Shown here: positions 11,151-21,366 of the stretch, in pieces
Position numbering within the stretch: position 1 is the first letter of the stretch
Layout: each line of letters starts with the position of its first letter
IMG/VR virus record: IMGVR_UViG_3300042352_001346
Location: 16,909 to 80,908 of that record
From: a virus
Length of the DNA: 64,000 nt
Strand: one strand, 5' to 3'
The notes under the pieces: generated by a model
Told to the model about the DNA's origin: nothing
Seen by the model: only the letters and a program-made list of their open reading frames with translations
Databases searched by the model: none
Program-made: the position numbers and the translations under genes

Positions 11151-11873
11151 ATGAAAAAGAATATTTTTCTTTTACTATTTACTTTAACATTACTTTTTAT
11201 CTCTTGTATTCGTAAAGAAAAAAAAGAAGTAGAAAGTATTGTTGTAGGTGATTCAATACAAAATATAGTTAATAGTAAAAGTAAAGATACTTTACAAATA
11301 AATACTAAGACTATATTAATTAAAACTGATTCTTTTTCTGAAAATAAAGATACTGTAAAAGTAATAGTGAAAGATACTATTATAAAAACTTATCGTCCAA
11401 TTTTTATTGAGAAGAAAAAATTATCTTTAAAAGAAATTTACTCTTCTCAATTAGGTGTTAGAGAAGCAACTGGGAAAAATGATGGTAAAATTGTTGAAAT
11501 GTACCTCCATTCAGTTGGTTTAAATAAAGGTAATCCTTGGTGTGCTGCATTTGTTCATTGGAGTTTAGATTCTGCAGGTTATAAAAATAATATAACTGGT
11601 TGGAGTCCAACAACATTTAATCCAAATAACCTTATTTATTTTAAAAATAAGTTTAAAAAAGAACCTAGAGAAGGTGATGTATTTTCATTGTATTTTCCTT
11701 CATTAAAAAGAATTGCACATACAGGATTTTTTGATTATAAACAAAATTCATCTATATACTCTACTGTAGAAGGAAATACAAATGATGCTAATAGTAGAGA
11801 AGGTGATGGTGTTTATAGACGTTATCGTTCTTTTAATTCTACTTATAGTATATCAAGATGGACAGGTAATTAA
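11151..11873 (+). CDS. CHAP-domain endolysin with N-terminal lipoprotein signal
   Basis: PWCAAFVHW, AHTG and TVEGNT CHAP motifs; MKK-hydrophobic-ISC lipobox. Confidence 0.8.
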   Translation: MKKNIFLLLFTLTLLFISCIRKEKKEVESIVVGDSIQNIVNSKSKDTLQINTKTILIKTDSFSENKDTVKVIVKDTIIKTYRPIFIEKKKLSLKEIYSSQLGVREATGKNDGKIVEMYLHSVGLNKGNPWCAAFVHWSLDSAGYKNNITGWSPTTFNPNNLIYFKNKFKKEPREGDVFSLYFPSLKRIAHTGFFDYKQNSSIYSTVEGNTNDANSREGDGVYRRYRSFNSTYSISRWTGN

Positions 11874-11898
11874 ATCTTAAATATAAATATTAGTTTTT

Positions 11899-12537
11899 AT
11901 GAAAATTGTAAATGTTATTGAATTTGTAAAAAAGAATTTTCTTCAAAGTTTAATTTTATTTATTGCTTGTTTTTTACTTTTTAGAGAATGCACTAGACCA
12001 AATAATACACCTTTTCCACAACCAACTATAGTGGTAAAAATTGATTCTAGTTGGATAAATAAAAAAGCAGATAATATTACAATTAATCCTGTAATACAAC
12101 AAACTATACCTTACAAATTAACAGGTAAAGATACTCAATATATACCAAGTCCAAATTATGATATTTTAAAAAAACAATATGAGGATTTAAGAGATTCTTT
12201 ATTATCTATTAATATTTATAAAGATAGTTTAAAAATTGATAGTTTAGGCTATGTTATTTTAAATGAATCTGTTTTTAAAAATAAATTATTAGAAAGAAAA
12301 TATTCTTATAATTTAAAATATCCAAGAATTAAAGAAACAATAACAATTACACAACCTTATTTACCTAAAACTCAAATTTATATTGGTGGTGAATTATATG
12401 GTAATCAATTATCATTAATTAAAGGTGTAGGTATAAATTTATCTTTAAAAAGTAAAAAAGATAAAATTTATGAAATTGGTACTATGTATTTAGGTAATGA
12501 ATTAATTTATAAAGGTGGTTATAAAATTAAATTATAA
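11899..12537 (+). CDS. Putative spanin-like lysis protein
   Basis: N-terminal TM helix, extended middle region, C-terminal amphipathic beta strands; follows endolysin. Confidence 0.45.
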   Translation: MKIVNVIEFVKKNFLQSLILFIACFLLFRECTRPNNTPFPQPTIVVKIDSSWINKKADNITINPVIQQTIPYKLTGKDTQYIPSPNYDILKKQYEDLRDSLLSINIYKDSLKIDSLGYVILNESVFKNKLLERKYSYNLKYPRIKETITITQPYLPKTQIYIGGELYGNQLSLIKGVGINLSLKSKKDKIYEIGTMYLGNELIYKGGYKIKL

Positions 12538-12542
12538 AAAAA

Positions 12543-15089
12543 TTGTCTGCTATAATTTTTAATAAAGTTTTTAAACCTGGTGAAAGTCATACATTTGACT
12601 ATTATCCTCAATTACAAGTCCTATCTATAATAGGATTTACTGATGTTGTATTACATAGTAATATTGATTGTTATTTTTATAAATCATTCAAATATTCATT
12701 AGATGGTGTTAATTTTACAGATGTACCTTTAGAATTAACTGATATTAATTTACAAAATATTCCATTTCAATTAAAATCTATTTTAGTATTAAGAATAACT
12801 TATGAGAGGAGAGGAATAGATAATTCATCTTTATTAACTTTAAGTAGTTTTGTATTAGATAATACAGTTGAATTATTAGATAATGGATTTTATTTCACTA
12901 ATTCATTATTTAGTACATTTTTTAATCAAAATGATGAAAAAGTATTATCTTGGGCAGTAAATGTATTACAAAAATTATATGCTCCTGGTATTGTTCCTGA
13001 ATATATTGAAAGAGGAAAAGAAAAAAATGAAAATGGTGAAGATGAAGATTATATAGCTTATTGGTTTTCAATTACTCATTTCTTTGCTTTATTTGTTATT
13101 TATTCTAGAATATTTAAAGATATAAAATTATATTTCTCTACTTTAAAAGAGTATTTGTTAGAAAAAGGAATTTTATTAAATGAAGATTCTTCATTAGAAC
13201 AATTACAAGAACTAATGAAAAATTTTTATAATGAAATTTCTCGTAGAGGTACTAATTTAATGCTTTTTAAAAAACCTTATGCAGAAGATGGAGTTCATGG
13301 AGAAATATTAAGATTAATTTCATTTAAGTATGGTGATGAATTTATATTTAGTTTAACTCCAAAACATAGAATTGGTTGGAATTTAGGAAAATCAAGTCCT
13401 ATTTATAAAGGAGTATCTGATGCAAATAATGTTATTAAAGGATATGAATTAGATTCAACAAAAGATTTAATTCCTCAATATCCAATACCTATAGATAGTA
13501 ATATAATAGAAGAATTAGATGGTGATAATAAAGTATTAAATTTATCTAGTGGTGATGTAATTGGAAATATTAATATATTAGATATTGATAATCCTTATTT
13601 ATTAACTTATGATTCTAATTTAGATTATTCTATTGAATTTTATTATAGACCTAAAGATACTTCCAATGATTTAAATATCAAATTAAAATTTTTTGATAGT
13701 GATTTAATACCTTTTTCTAATGCAACTAGAAAAACTAAAAAAGCAGTATTAATTACTACTGATTCATTTGCACATTCTCCTATTGTATTATCAAGAACAG
13801 ATATTTATTATAAAATAAAATGTATTATTTATAATAAAAGTGAATTAAATTTTAAAGAAAAATTAAATGTTAGTTCTGGAAATAATTTAAAAATTAATGA
13901 TATTAATCCTAAATACTTTATTCCTCTTATATCAGGTAATGGATATTTATATGGATTAAAAATAAAACCTTTAAGGTCAAATTATAGTTTAGGATTTATT
14001 CATTCAAATCATTTAATTCAATGTTGGATAAAAAATAATTCAAAACAATTATCTAAAAATAATATTAAAATTATTTTAGAAGATTTATTTAGACCATATA
14101 ATTCTTGGATAAAAGTTAATTTAATTGGTGATAATTTTTATCAAGAAGAACCATTTAAAAATTATTGGGTAGCAGGTGAACAAGAATGTGAAATAGTAGA
14201 TGTTTTTTGGATTGGGGATGAAAGTACTACTAAATGTGAATTATCTGGAGAAAATAATACAGGTATTAAAATATATACATTACTTAGTCAAGTTTATTAT
14301 TTGGATGGTGTATTGTATTATACTGGAGTTACTAAAGATAATGATTATTTAGATAGTGATTATGTACCTCCTATTGAAGATTTAACTGTATGTCCATTAA
14401 GAAGAAGTACTTTATGGATACCTGATGAAAGTACAGCTATTTGTATTGAAGATGATACTCCACCACCACCAGAAGAATATAATCCTATATTAACATCTGT
14501 AACTTACTCTGATTTAGATGATAGTTTTACAGCTGTTTTTAATTTAAATACTCCCCCTCTTTCACCTGTATCTGTAATTTTACAATATAGTTATGATGAA
14601 ATTACTTGGATTTCTGATAATGGTAGTGTAATATCTCCTAAAGTAATTTTTATTTCTGGAGCAACTTTTCCAATTTATTTTAGAATAATAGTTGTATTTG
14701 CAGGAGGTGTTTATTCTAATGAATCAAATACTATTGAAGTAAATTATACAGAAATTGCAGGTACTATAAGATTAGAAAATAATTTAAATTTATCTACATT
14801 AAGTATAAATAGATTTTTTAAATCAGGAATAAATATTTATACTGGACCTGCTATTAATAATGGTGAATTTAAAGATATTCCTATACCAAATATAAATTCT
14901 AATTCTTTATATGGTATAAGAATAGTTGGTAATACTTTACCAGTTGCTCCATTATGTGCTATAAATTTAATTAGAGCATCATCTATTATAAAAACTACAT
15001 ATATAGATGGTTCAAATGGAGATAAATTTTTTGATTCAAATGTAGTTTTAAATGATGGTGATATAATTTCAATTGATTACGATTTATAA
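12543..15089 (+). CDS. Baseplate wedge / tail-fibre attachment protein
   Basis: 848 aa, TTG start; RRGT motif as in gpI-like wedge proteins; Cys/Trp repeats; FN3/Ig-like C-terminus. Confidence 0.5.
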   Translation: MSAIIFNKVFKPGESHTFDYYPQLQVLSIIGFTDVVLHSNIDCYFYKSFKYSLDGVNFTDVPLELTDINLQNIPFQLKSILVLRITYERRGIDNSSLLTLSSFVLDNTVELLDNGFYFTNSLFSTFFNQNDEKVLSWAVNVLQKLYAPGIVPEYIERGKEKNENGEDEDYIAYWFSITHFFALFVIYSRIFKDIKLYFSTLKEYLLEKGILLNEDSSLEQLQELMKNFYNEISRRGTNLMLFKKPYAEDGVHGEILRLISFKYGDEFIFSLTPKHRIGWNLGKSSPIYKGVSDANNVIKGYELDSTKDLIPQYPIPIDSNIIEELDGDNKVLNLSSGDVIGNINILDIDNPYLLTYDSNLDYSIEFYYRPKDTSNDLNIKLKFFDSDLIPFSNATRKTKKAVLITTDSFAHSPIVLSRTDIYYKIKCIIYNKSELNFKEKLNVSSGNNLKINDINPKYFIPLISGNGYLYGLKIKPLRSNYSLGFIHSNHLIQCWIKNNSKQLSKNNIKIILEDLFRPYNSWIKVNLIGDNFYQEEPFKNYWVAGEQECEIVDVFWIGDESTTKCELSGENNTGIKIYTLLSQVYYLDGVLYYTGVTKDNDYLDSDYVPPIEDLTVCPLRRSTLWIPDESTAICIEDDTPPPPEEYNPILTSVTYSDLDDSFTAVFNLNTPPLSPVSVILQYSYDEITWISDNGSVISPKVIFISGATFPIYFRIIVVFAGGVYSNESNTIEVNYTEIAGTIRLENNLNLSTLSINRFFKSGINIYTGPAINNGEFKDIPIPNINSNSLYGIRIVGNTLPVAPLCAINLIRASSIIKTTYIDGSNGDKFFDSNVVLNDGDIISIDYDL

Positions 15090-15096
15090 AAAATTT

Positions 15097-15306
15097 ATGC
15101 CAACTAGAATACAAACAGGTATATTAAAAGTAACAACTTTAATAGAAATTAGTGGAAAAACTGGTTTACCTACTGGAGTAGAAAAACCAAATATTCCTTC
15201 TGACCCTGATTTTATACCTCCTACTGTAGATGCTATATCTTGTCCAGTAGGTACAATTGATATAGGAGATTTTAATGAAGATTTTAATGAAGATTATGAT
15301 ATTTAA
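15097..15306 (+). CDS. Small virion protein consisting of one TG..KPN..SDPD..CP module plus a DFNEDFNEDY tail
   Basis: ATG 15097 preferred over the track start at 15073; module shared with neighbouring genes. Confidence 0.55.
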   Translation: MPTRIQTGILKVTTLIEISGKTGLPTGVEKPNIPSDPDFIPPTVDAISCPVGTIDIGDFNEDFNEDYDI

Positions 15307-15314
15307 ATAAAAAT

Positions 15315-16199
15315 ATGTCTAATACAGGTTATAAAAAATATTTGAATTTAATTGAAGTATATGTTGATAATAATCAACCTACTGGAAATGTTAAACCTAA
15401 CATACCTTCTGACCCAGATTATGTAGCACCTGTTACAGATTTAACGTTATGTCCATTAACTACAACAACTACTACAACAACTACTACAACAACTACTACA
15501 ATTAATCCTTTAAATACTTGTGGTGGTCCATCTAAAACAAATTCAGTATTAAATGGTGCTCCATTAGTTGAAGAATATTATTTAGGTGATGTAGCAGGTA
15601 TTGCTTATATTCAATATAATATAATAGGATTATATGGATTAGAAGAAAAAGTAAAATTAGAAGTTAAATATAATGGAATTACTATTGCAACAAAAGATAA
15701 TTTAATTTTAGGAGATAATGGTAATTTATATTTTAATTATAATCCAATAGTATTTGGATTATATAAAATTGAATTAGTATATACTGTATATTTAATTGAT
15801 GTAACAACAACTACTACAACAACTACAACTGAAATATTAAATAAATTTGATTTTAATATTTTAATTGGTATGATGGACGTTAGTGGTCCTTTTGATGGAT
15901 GGTTAGGTTCATTTAGTATTGTTGATGAAGTTACTTCTACAGTATTAAAAACTTTTAATTTTGTTACTTTACAAAAAGTAGATATAAGTTTAAATACTTC
16001 TGATATAAATTTTATTACAGGTAGAGATTACTCTATAAATTGGAATTTTGAAGTTAGAGATAATGGTACTTCTGTAGATTGTAGTGGTAGATTGTTTTTA
16101 AATTCAATTTTAACTCCAATACCTATTAGTAATTCAGGAAGTCAAACTTTTACATTTATAGCAGGTTTAAATTCAGCTGATTTATTTATTGATTCTTAA
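15315..16199 (+). CDS. Tail-fibre-like protein with two poly-threonine linkers
   Basis: N-terminal shared module, Thr14 and Thr9 tracts separating beta-rich domains. Confidence 0.55.
   Translation: MSNTGYKKYLNLIEVYVDNNQPTGNVKPNIPSDPDYVAPVTDLTLCPLTTTTTTTTTTTTTTINPLNTCGGPSKTNSVLNGAPLVEEYYLGDVAGIAYIQYNIIGLYGLEEKVKLEVKYNGITIATKDNLILGDNGNLYFNYNPIVFGLYKIELVYTVYLIDVTTTTTTTTTEILNKFDFNILIGMMDVSGPFDGWLGSFSIVDEVTSTVLKTFNFVTLQKVDISLNTSDINFITGRDYSINWNFEVRDNGTSVDCSGRLFLNSILTPIPISNSGSQTFTFIAGLNSADLFIDS
15459..15500 (+). repeat. 12-bp tandem repeat (ACTACAACAACT, about 3.5 copies) encoding Thr14
   Basis: Read directly from the sequence; a second tract (Thr9) lies at 15804-15830. Confidence 0.9.
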
Positions 16200-16207
16200 T
16201 TTTATAT

Positions 16208-16588
16208 ATGGCAGATATAACAACAAAAGTATTTTGTCCTAAACCAGGAGTTAATTTTCAATTTGAAAGAGAATTATTTAGTGAAACTATATCTTTTAAT
16301 GTACAATTATCAGAATCTTTTACAGATATTAATTATATTAATGAAATAAATATTGATGAAGATTCTAAATCTTTTAATAAAAATTATTTGGGAAGTGACA
16401 ACCCTAGTGTTTTAACTATAATTAAAGAAAGTGGAACATTTATAAATGCAACTATAAGAGTTATAGTTAATGGAATAATAATTAGAGATGATGTAGATAT
16501 TACAATAGAAATGAATGAAGGTATTTATATTGTAAAAGGAATTGATGCTAAATCTGAAATATCTGTAAAAATATTTAATGGTTTGTAA
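16208..16588 (+). CDS. Hypothetical tail-region protein
   Basis: 126-aa beta-rich ORF in the structural operon. Confidence 0.4.
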   Translation: MADITTKVFCPKPGVNFQFERELFSETISFNVQLSESFTDINYINEINIDEDSKSFNKNYLGSDNPSVLTIIKESGTFINATIRVIVNGIIIRDDVDITIEMNEGIYIVKGIDAKSEISVKIFNGL

Positions 16589-17559
16589 TGAATGATAATG
16601 ATTTATTTTATATATCTGCTCAACCAGATGAATTTTATTTTTATTGGCAATTAGATATACAAATATTTAATTTTTTAAGAATAGGTGTATCTTGTGATAA
16701 TATACATATTTTAATAGGTTATAAAGATAAAATTAGTATAGATGGTCATAATTTTAAAAATAAATATTATAATAAAGTAAATATTTATTTTTATGAAGAT
16801 GAAAGAAAATATAAACCTAGTTATATACCATCTATAAGACCTTATTTATTACAAAAACATTTTAAATTAAATAAATATTTAGAAAATAAAATAATATTTT
16901 ATCATGATTGTGATATTATTTTAAAGAAAAAATTAGATATTAATAAATATTTAAATGATGATATTTGTTACCTTAGTGATACTAGAAGTTATTTAAAAGT
17001 TAGTTATATTCAAGAAAAAGGTTTTGGTTTGTTAGAAAATATGTGTAAAATAGTTGGTGTAGGTACTGAACAAGTTAAAAATATTGATAATAATTGTGGA
17101 GGTGCTCAATATTTATTAAAAAATATAAGTAGTAAATTTTGGGGTAAAGTAGAAAGAAATTCTAATCAATTATATACATATTTAGAAAATTCTAAAGAAT
17201 TATATGGTAAATCATATAAAGGTTTTTATAATCCAATTCAAAGTTGGTGTTCTGATATGTGGGCTTTATTATGGAATTTAATTATATTAAATAAAGAAGT
17301 AAAAATTATTAGTGAATTGAATTTTGTACATGCAACAGATAATATAGAACAATGGAAATATGCAGATATATTTCATAATGCAGGAGTTACAAATAAAGAT
17401 AAAAAATTTTTATTTAATAAAAATGATTATAGAAATTCATTACCTAAAAGTAAAGAAATTATTGTAGATAATAATTTTTGTTCATCTATTTATGTTAATG
17501 AAATTAAAAATTTTGAAAATTCTGAGATTTTTTTTAACTTTACTAAAAGAGAATTATGA
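16588..17559 (+). CDS. GT-A fold glycosyltransferase, HPAT/SERGT-like
   Basis: YFYWQ, YIPSIRP, DxD motif in YHDCDII, GGAQY, WCSDMWA. Confidence 0.65.
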   Translation: MNDNDLFYISAQPDEFYFYWQLDIQIFNFLRIGVSCDNIHILIGYKDKISIDGHNFKNKYYNKVNIYFYEDERKYKPSYIPSIRPYLLQKHFKLNKYLENKIIFYHDCDIILKKKLDINKYLNDDICYLSDTRSYLKVSYIQEKGFGLLENMCKIVGVGTEQVKNIDNNCGGAQYLLKNISSKFWGKVERNSNQLYTYLENSKELYGKSYKGFYNPIQSWCSDMWALLWNLIILNKEVKIISELNFVHATDNIEQWKYADIFHNAGVTNKDKKFLFNKNDYRNSLPKSKEIIVDNNFCSSIYVNEIKNFENSEIFFNFTKREL

Positions 17560-19871
17560 TTAACATATCTCCAAATATATTTTTAGAAGTACAAGAATTA
17601 TCTAAATTAATATCTTTTCTTACAGTAGATAAAGGAAGTGCTTTATCAATTATTAAAGATGTAACTTATTCACCTGGTATTATACGTTTAAAATCAGATA
17701 CTTCTTTATCTAATTTTAAAATTGAAGCAGGTACTAATCAAAGAACTATAAAAATTTTAGATTCTTATGCTTTTGATAGTAATTTAAATTTAATTTATAA
17801 AAAAGCAGAAGATAATATATCAATTCCTAATGATGGAAATTGGTACTGGTTGAAAATAGGTCATTTAAAAACTCATAAAGAAATAGGTGTAGTATCTATT
17901 GATGAACAAGGTAATTTAACTGGTGTTGATACTGCCTTTTTAGATGTATTAAGAGGTGGAGAATTTCCTGTTAAAGTTAAATTTTATAATACTTATCATA
18001 ATTATGAAGATTATGAAGTATTAGAAGTTACAGATGATAATCATGCTATAATAACTGGTGACTTTATTGCAGAAACTAATTTAAATTATTCAGTTGTAGG
18101 TCAATTTACTGATGGTGTAGTTATAAATGATAATTTAAAAGAAATATATAGTTATGATAGTTGTTATAATTTTCAAATTGGTCAAGGGTTAGTACTTGAA
18201 ACATCTATAAATCAAGAACCTAATAAATTATCAACTGAATTTTATATAGCTAGAGTTAGAGTTAATGGAAACTCAGTATTAATTGAAGATAAACGTACAG
18301 AATTTTGGCAATTAAAATCTGATTATGATTTATCATTTTTAAATCGTAATTTTACAAATAATTTAATTGGTGTAGAACAAATAACTTGGGATTTAGTTAC
18401 AGCCCCTAAAAATGAAAATATTATAAGAATTGGTTGGGGATTTAGAACTTCAAATTGGACAATAGATTCTTCATTAAGAAAAATGTCATTTTCAGGTGGT
18501 ATTGGTGGTAAATTTAAAAGTACTTTAGATTTTTCAGATGGTGATTTTACAGGTTATAGATTATATGCTGTAGATGGTTCTTATGTAAAAATAATAGATA
18601 GTTTTAAATCAGGTTCTCAAATTAATGTTATAACAGATGTATTAAATCCAATTAATTATACATCTGGAGATATGTTAATAATTGTTCCTGATATTGAAGA
18701 AATTGGTATTAAAGTAAATTCATTTTCAGATTCTAATCAAGCAATATTTAATCAAATAGATTTAATTAAATATTTTCCAGTAAGAGAAGGTTATGTTGAT
18801 TTACCTGTTAAACACCCATTGAAAGAAATTAATTCTGTATATAAAGTAAAAATAACTTATTCTTATAAGGTATTTAAAAATCATACTAATTGGATTAATT
18901 TATCTGATGATAATACTAATGGATTTTATGCTGAAAATTCTTTTGATGATAAAGGTACTTTAAAACCTGACCCAGTTAATAGATTTAAAAAAACATATAC
19001 TAATAGTTTAATTGAATTATTAGTAAATCCATCTAATTATGGTTTATTCTCATATACAATTGATAAAGGTGATTTACTTGATGTAAAAAATACTAATATT
19101 GCAACAGTTTCATCTAATAAAATAGATTTAGTTGTTGGAGTAGATAAACAATATCAACGTTTTTTTGGTAATATGGATTTATCTGATGATTTAGTTATAA
19201 ATTTAACTAAAGGAAAAAGAGAAGGCAATAAATTTACTATTCAAATAGATTTAAGTTCATTTAATCCAACTAGTAATTATAAAATTTCTATTATTGATGA
19301 TTATCAAAGTACAGTTTCATTTACTTTATTAAAAACTATTAGTAATGGAGATTTATTTACTATGTTAAATATTGATAAAGGTGGTTTAAGATTTGATTGT
19401 ATTTATGATGGTTCAAATTGGTTATTAACTCAAAATTATTGTATTGATAAACATTTTGAATTTGTTGACTTTGAAGGTGATTTAAATACTTTATTTGATA
19501 ATAATGGTTTAGGAAAAGTAAAAGGATGGTTTGGCTATGCTTTATGTAATAAAGCATATACTATATATGGTATATCTGTACCTAATTTAAGTGGTAAATT
19601 TAAATTAAGTCAAGGAATTAATGGTTTAGATACTTATGTATTAGGTACATCAGGTGGTAAAAAAGACCATACTTTAATTGTTGATGAATTACCACCTCAT
19701 GGTCATACTGTACCAACTGGATTAGCAGGACAATCTTATTCTGCTGGTTCAGGTAGTTCTAGAAATTCAATTGATTCTGGAAATCCAGCTACTAGTCTTA
19801 CTGGAGGTGGATTACCACACAATAATATGCCACCTTATTATGTTATAGGAACAGCTAAAAAATTATTTTAA
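17556..19871 (+). CDS. Tail fibre/baseplate protein with C-terminal tail-collar-like domain
   Basis: C-terminal VPNLSGKF...GGKKDHTLIVDELPPHGH...GGGLPHNNMPPYYV. Confidence 0.7.
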   Translation: MINISPNIFLEVQELSKLISFLTVDKGSALSIIKDVTYSPGIIRLKSDTSLSNFKIEAGTNQRTIKILDSYAFDSNLNLIYKKAEDNISIPNDGNWYWLKIGHLKTHKEIGVVSIDEQGNLTGVDTAFLDVLRGGEFPVKVKFYNTYHNYEDYEVLEVTDDNHAIITGDFIAETNLNYSVVGQFTDGVVINDNLKEIYSYDSCYNFQIGQGLVLETSINQEPNKLSTEFYIARVRVNGNSVLIEDKRTEFWQLKSDYDLSFLNRNFTNNLIGVEQITWDLVTAPKNENIIRIGWGFRTSNWTIDSSLRKMSFSGGIGGKFKSTLDFSDGDFTGYRLYAVDGSYVKIIDSFKSGSQINVITDVLNPINYTSGDMLIIVPDIEEIGIKVNSFSDSNQAIFNQIDLIKYFPVREGYVDLPVKHPLKEINSVYKVKITYSYKVFKNHTNWINLSDDNTNGFYAENSFDDKGTLKPDPVNRFKKTYTNSLIELLVNPSNYGLFSYTIDKGDLLDVKNTNIATVSSNKIDLVVGVDKQYQRFFGNMDLSDDLVINLTKGKREGNKFTIQIDLSSFNPTSNYKISIIDDYQSTVSFTLLKTISNGDLFTMLNIDKGGLRFDCIYDGSNWLLTQNYCIDKHFEFVDFEGDLNTLFDNNGLGKVKGWFGYALCNKAYTIYGISVPNLSGKFKLSQGINGLDTYVLGTSGGKKDHTLIVDELPPHGHTVPTGLAGQSYSAGSGSSRNSIDSGNPATSLTGGGLPHNNMPPYYVIGTAKKLF

Positions 19872-20435
19872 ATGTTAAAATTTTATTATACAGGTGGTTC
19901 TTCTAATTATTTAGCTTCTAAATCTCTTGGAGGTGTTATGAGTCCCACTGTAATACCAAATTCAAGTTTAGGTAATTTATTTGAATCATTTTCAGTTAAT
20001 AATATTAAAAATTTAAAATTAAAACCTATATTAGGTTTTATTCTTAAAAATGAAGATAATGAAAAAACATTATCTAATTTAAAACTTTGGTTTGAATATG
20101 ATGAAAATATACAAAAAAGATTTTCAAAATATAAAATAGGTTTTGTATCACCATCAATTAATGGGAATGTTGTAAGTATGGAGATTATACAACCATACTC
20201 TACTCCTTATTATGTTAGTGATTTTTATGAATCAGATGGTGAAGATAATGCTCTTTCTCTTCCAAATATTGAACCTTCTGGAGTATTAGGGATATGGTTA
20301 CAAAAAGAATTTATTAAATCTAATATAGATGATTATTATAGTAATCAAAATATTTATGATAGATTTACAAATAAAACAGAAGATTATCTTGAAGAATTAG
20401 TTAATATGAAATTAACTTGGGATGAATCTGTTTAG
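19872..20435 (+). CDS. Virion structural protein
   Basis: KSLGG...NLF motif; last gene of the tail operon. Confidence 0.45.
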   Translation: MLKFYYTGGSSNYLASKSLGGVMSPTVIPNSSLGNLFESFSVNNIKNLKLKPILGFILKNEDNEKTLSNLKLWFEYDENIQKRFSKYKIGFVSPSINGNVVSMEIIQPYSTPYYVSDFYESDGEDNALSLPNIEPSGVLGIWLQKEFIKSNIDDYYSNQNIYDRFTNKTEDYLEELVNMKLTWDESV

Positions 20436-20452
20436 TATATATTAAAAAAAGA

Positions 20453-20484
20453 TTTGGTAATTGTAAAATTCTTTAATATCTTTG
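20453..20484 (+). promoter_or_regulatory. Bacteroidota-type promoter
   Basis: TTTG (20453) + 20 nt + TAtcTTTG (20477). Confidence 0.7.
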
Positions 20485-20491
20485 TAAAGAT

Positions 20492-21076
20492 ATGAATGTT
20501 GTAGAAAAAATTAAAAAAACGTATGAGTTTTTTAGTAGAATTGTAATATCTGATGAAAGCTTTAAATTTAAACAAGATTATACAGAATATTTGACTTTGG
20601 AGTCATTTGTTAAGAGAATTAATAAAGATTATTCTTCTTATGGTAATACATTTTTATTTAATTATTTTTGTTTTCAATTTTCTTACTGGAATAGTAAAAA
20701 TTTTACTAAATCCAAATTACCTAAATTACCCAATCTTACATGGATTATTGGTAAAAAAGCTTATGATAGATGGAATAATAAAAATGAAAATTGGAAATTT
20801 TTTATTGATAGAGATTTTTTAAGTAAAAATAAAAAAATTACAAGAAATAGATTAATTATTGCTTTATTAGAAGATAAAGTTGAAATAAATGTTGAAGTAA
20901 TTAATATTTTAGAAAATCAAAATAAGAAAAAATATTATAATACTCCAATGGGATTAGCTTATTGTTTGGAAACTACAACATTATTTAATGAAAAAAGTAA
21001 TTTGTGTTTAGAATGTAATAGTAAAAATGCTTGTAAAGCATTATTAGATAATTTAACTAATAAAAATGTATGTTAA
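20492..21076 (+). CDS. Hypothetical protein with C-terminal Cys cluster
   Basis: 194 aa; C...CLEC....C. Confidence 0.5.
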   Translation: MNVVEKIKKTYEFFSRIVISDESFKFKQDYTEYLTLESFVKRINKDYSSYGNTFLFNYFCFQFSYWNSKNFTKSKLPKLPNLTWIIGKKAYDRWNNKNENWKFFIDRDFLSKNKKITRNRLIIALLEDKVEINVEVINILENQNKKKYYNTPMGLAYCLETTTLFNEKSNLCLECNSKNACKALLDNLTNKNVC

Positions 21077-21366
21077 ATATTTATTATAAAGCCTATCAAG
21101 TTGAAAGTATTTATGATGGAAAAGGTCAATTTATAACTAGATTAGGTGAACCTATTTTAGATGAAGAGTTTAAATATAAAGAAGATTTATATTTAAAATT
21201 AGATAAACATTTTAAAAGTTTAGATATTGAAGAGAAATTTGAAATAGCTATTATTGAACTTGTAAATTATAAAAATGATGTCAGTAAACAAGGAACCTTG
21301 CAAGGGCAAGGAGGGAATGTGCAACAATACTCTAATAGTCAACAAGAGATACCATTTGTGTCCTAA
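21070..21366 (+). CDS. Hypothetical protein
   Basis: 98-aa ORF; 3' part overlaps the next gene. Confidence 0.4.
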   Translation: MLNIYYKAYQVESIYDGKGQFITRLGEPILDEEFKYKEDLYLKLDKHFKSLDIEEKFEIAIIELVNYKNDVSKQGTLQGQGGNVQQYSNSQQEIPFVS

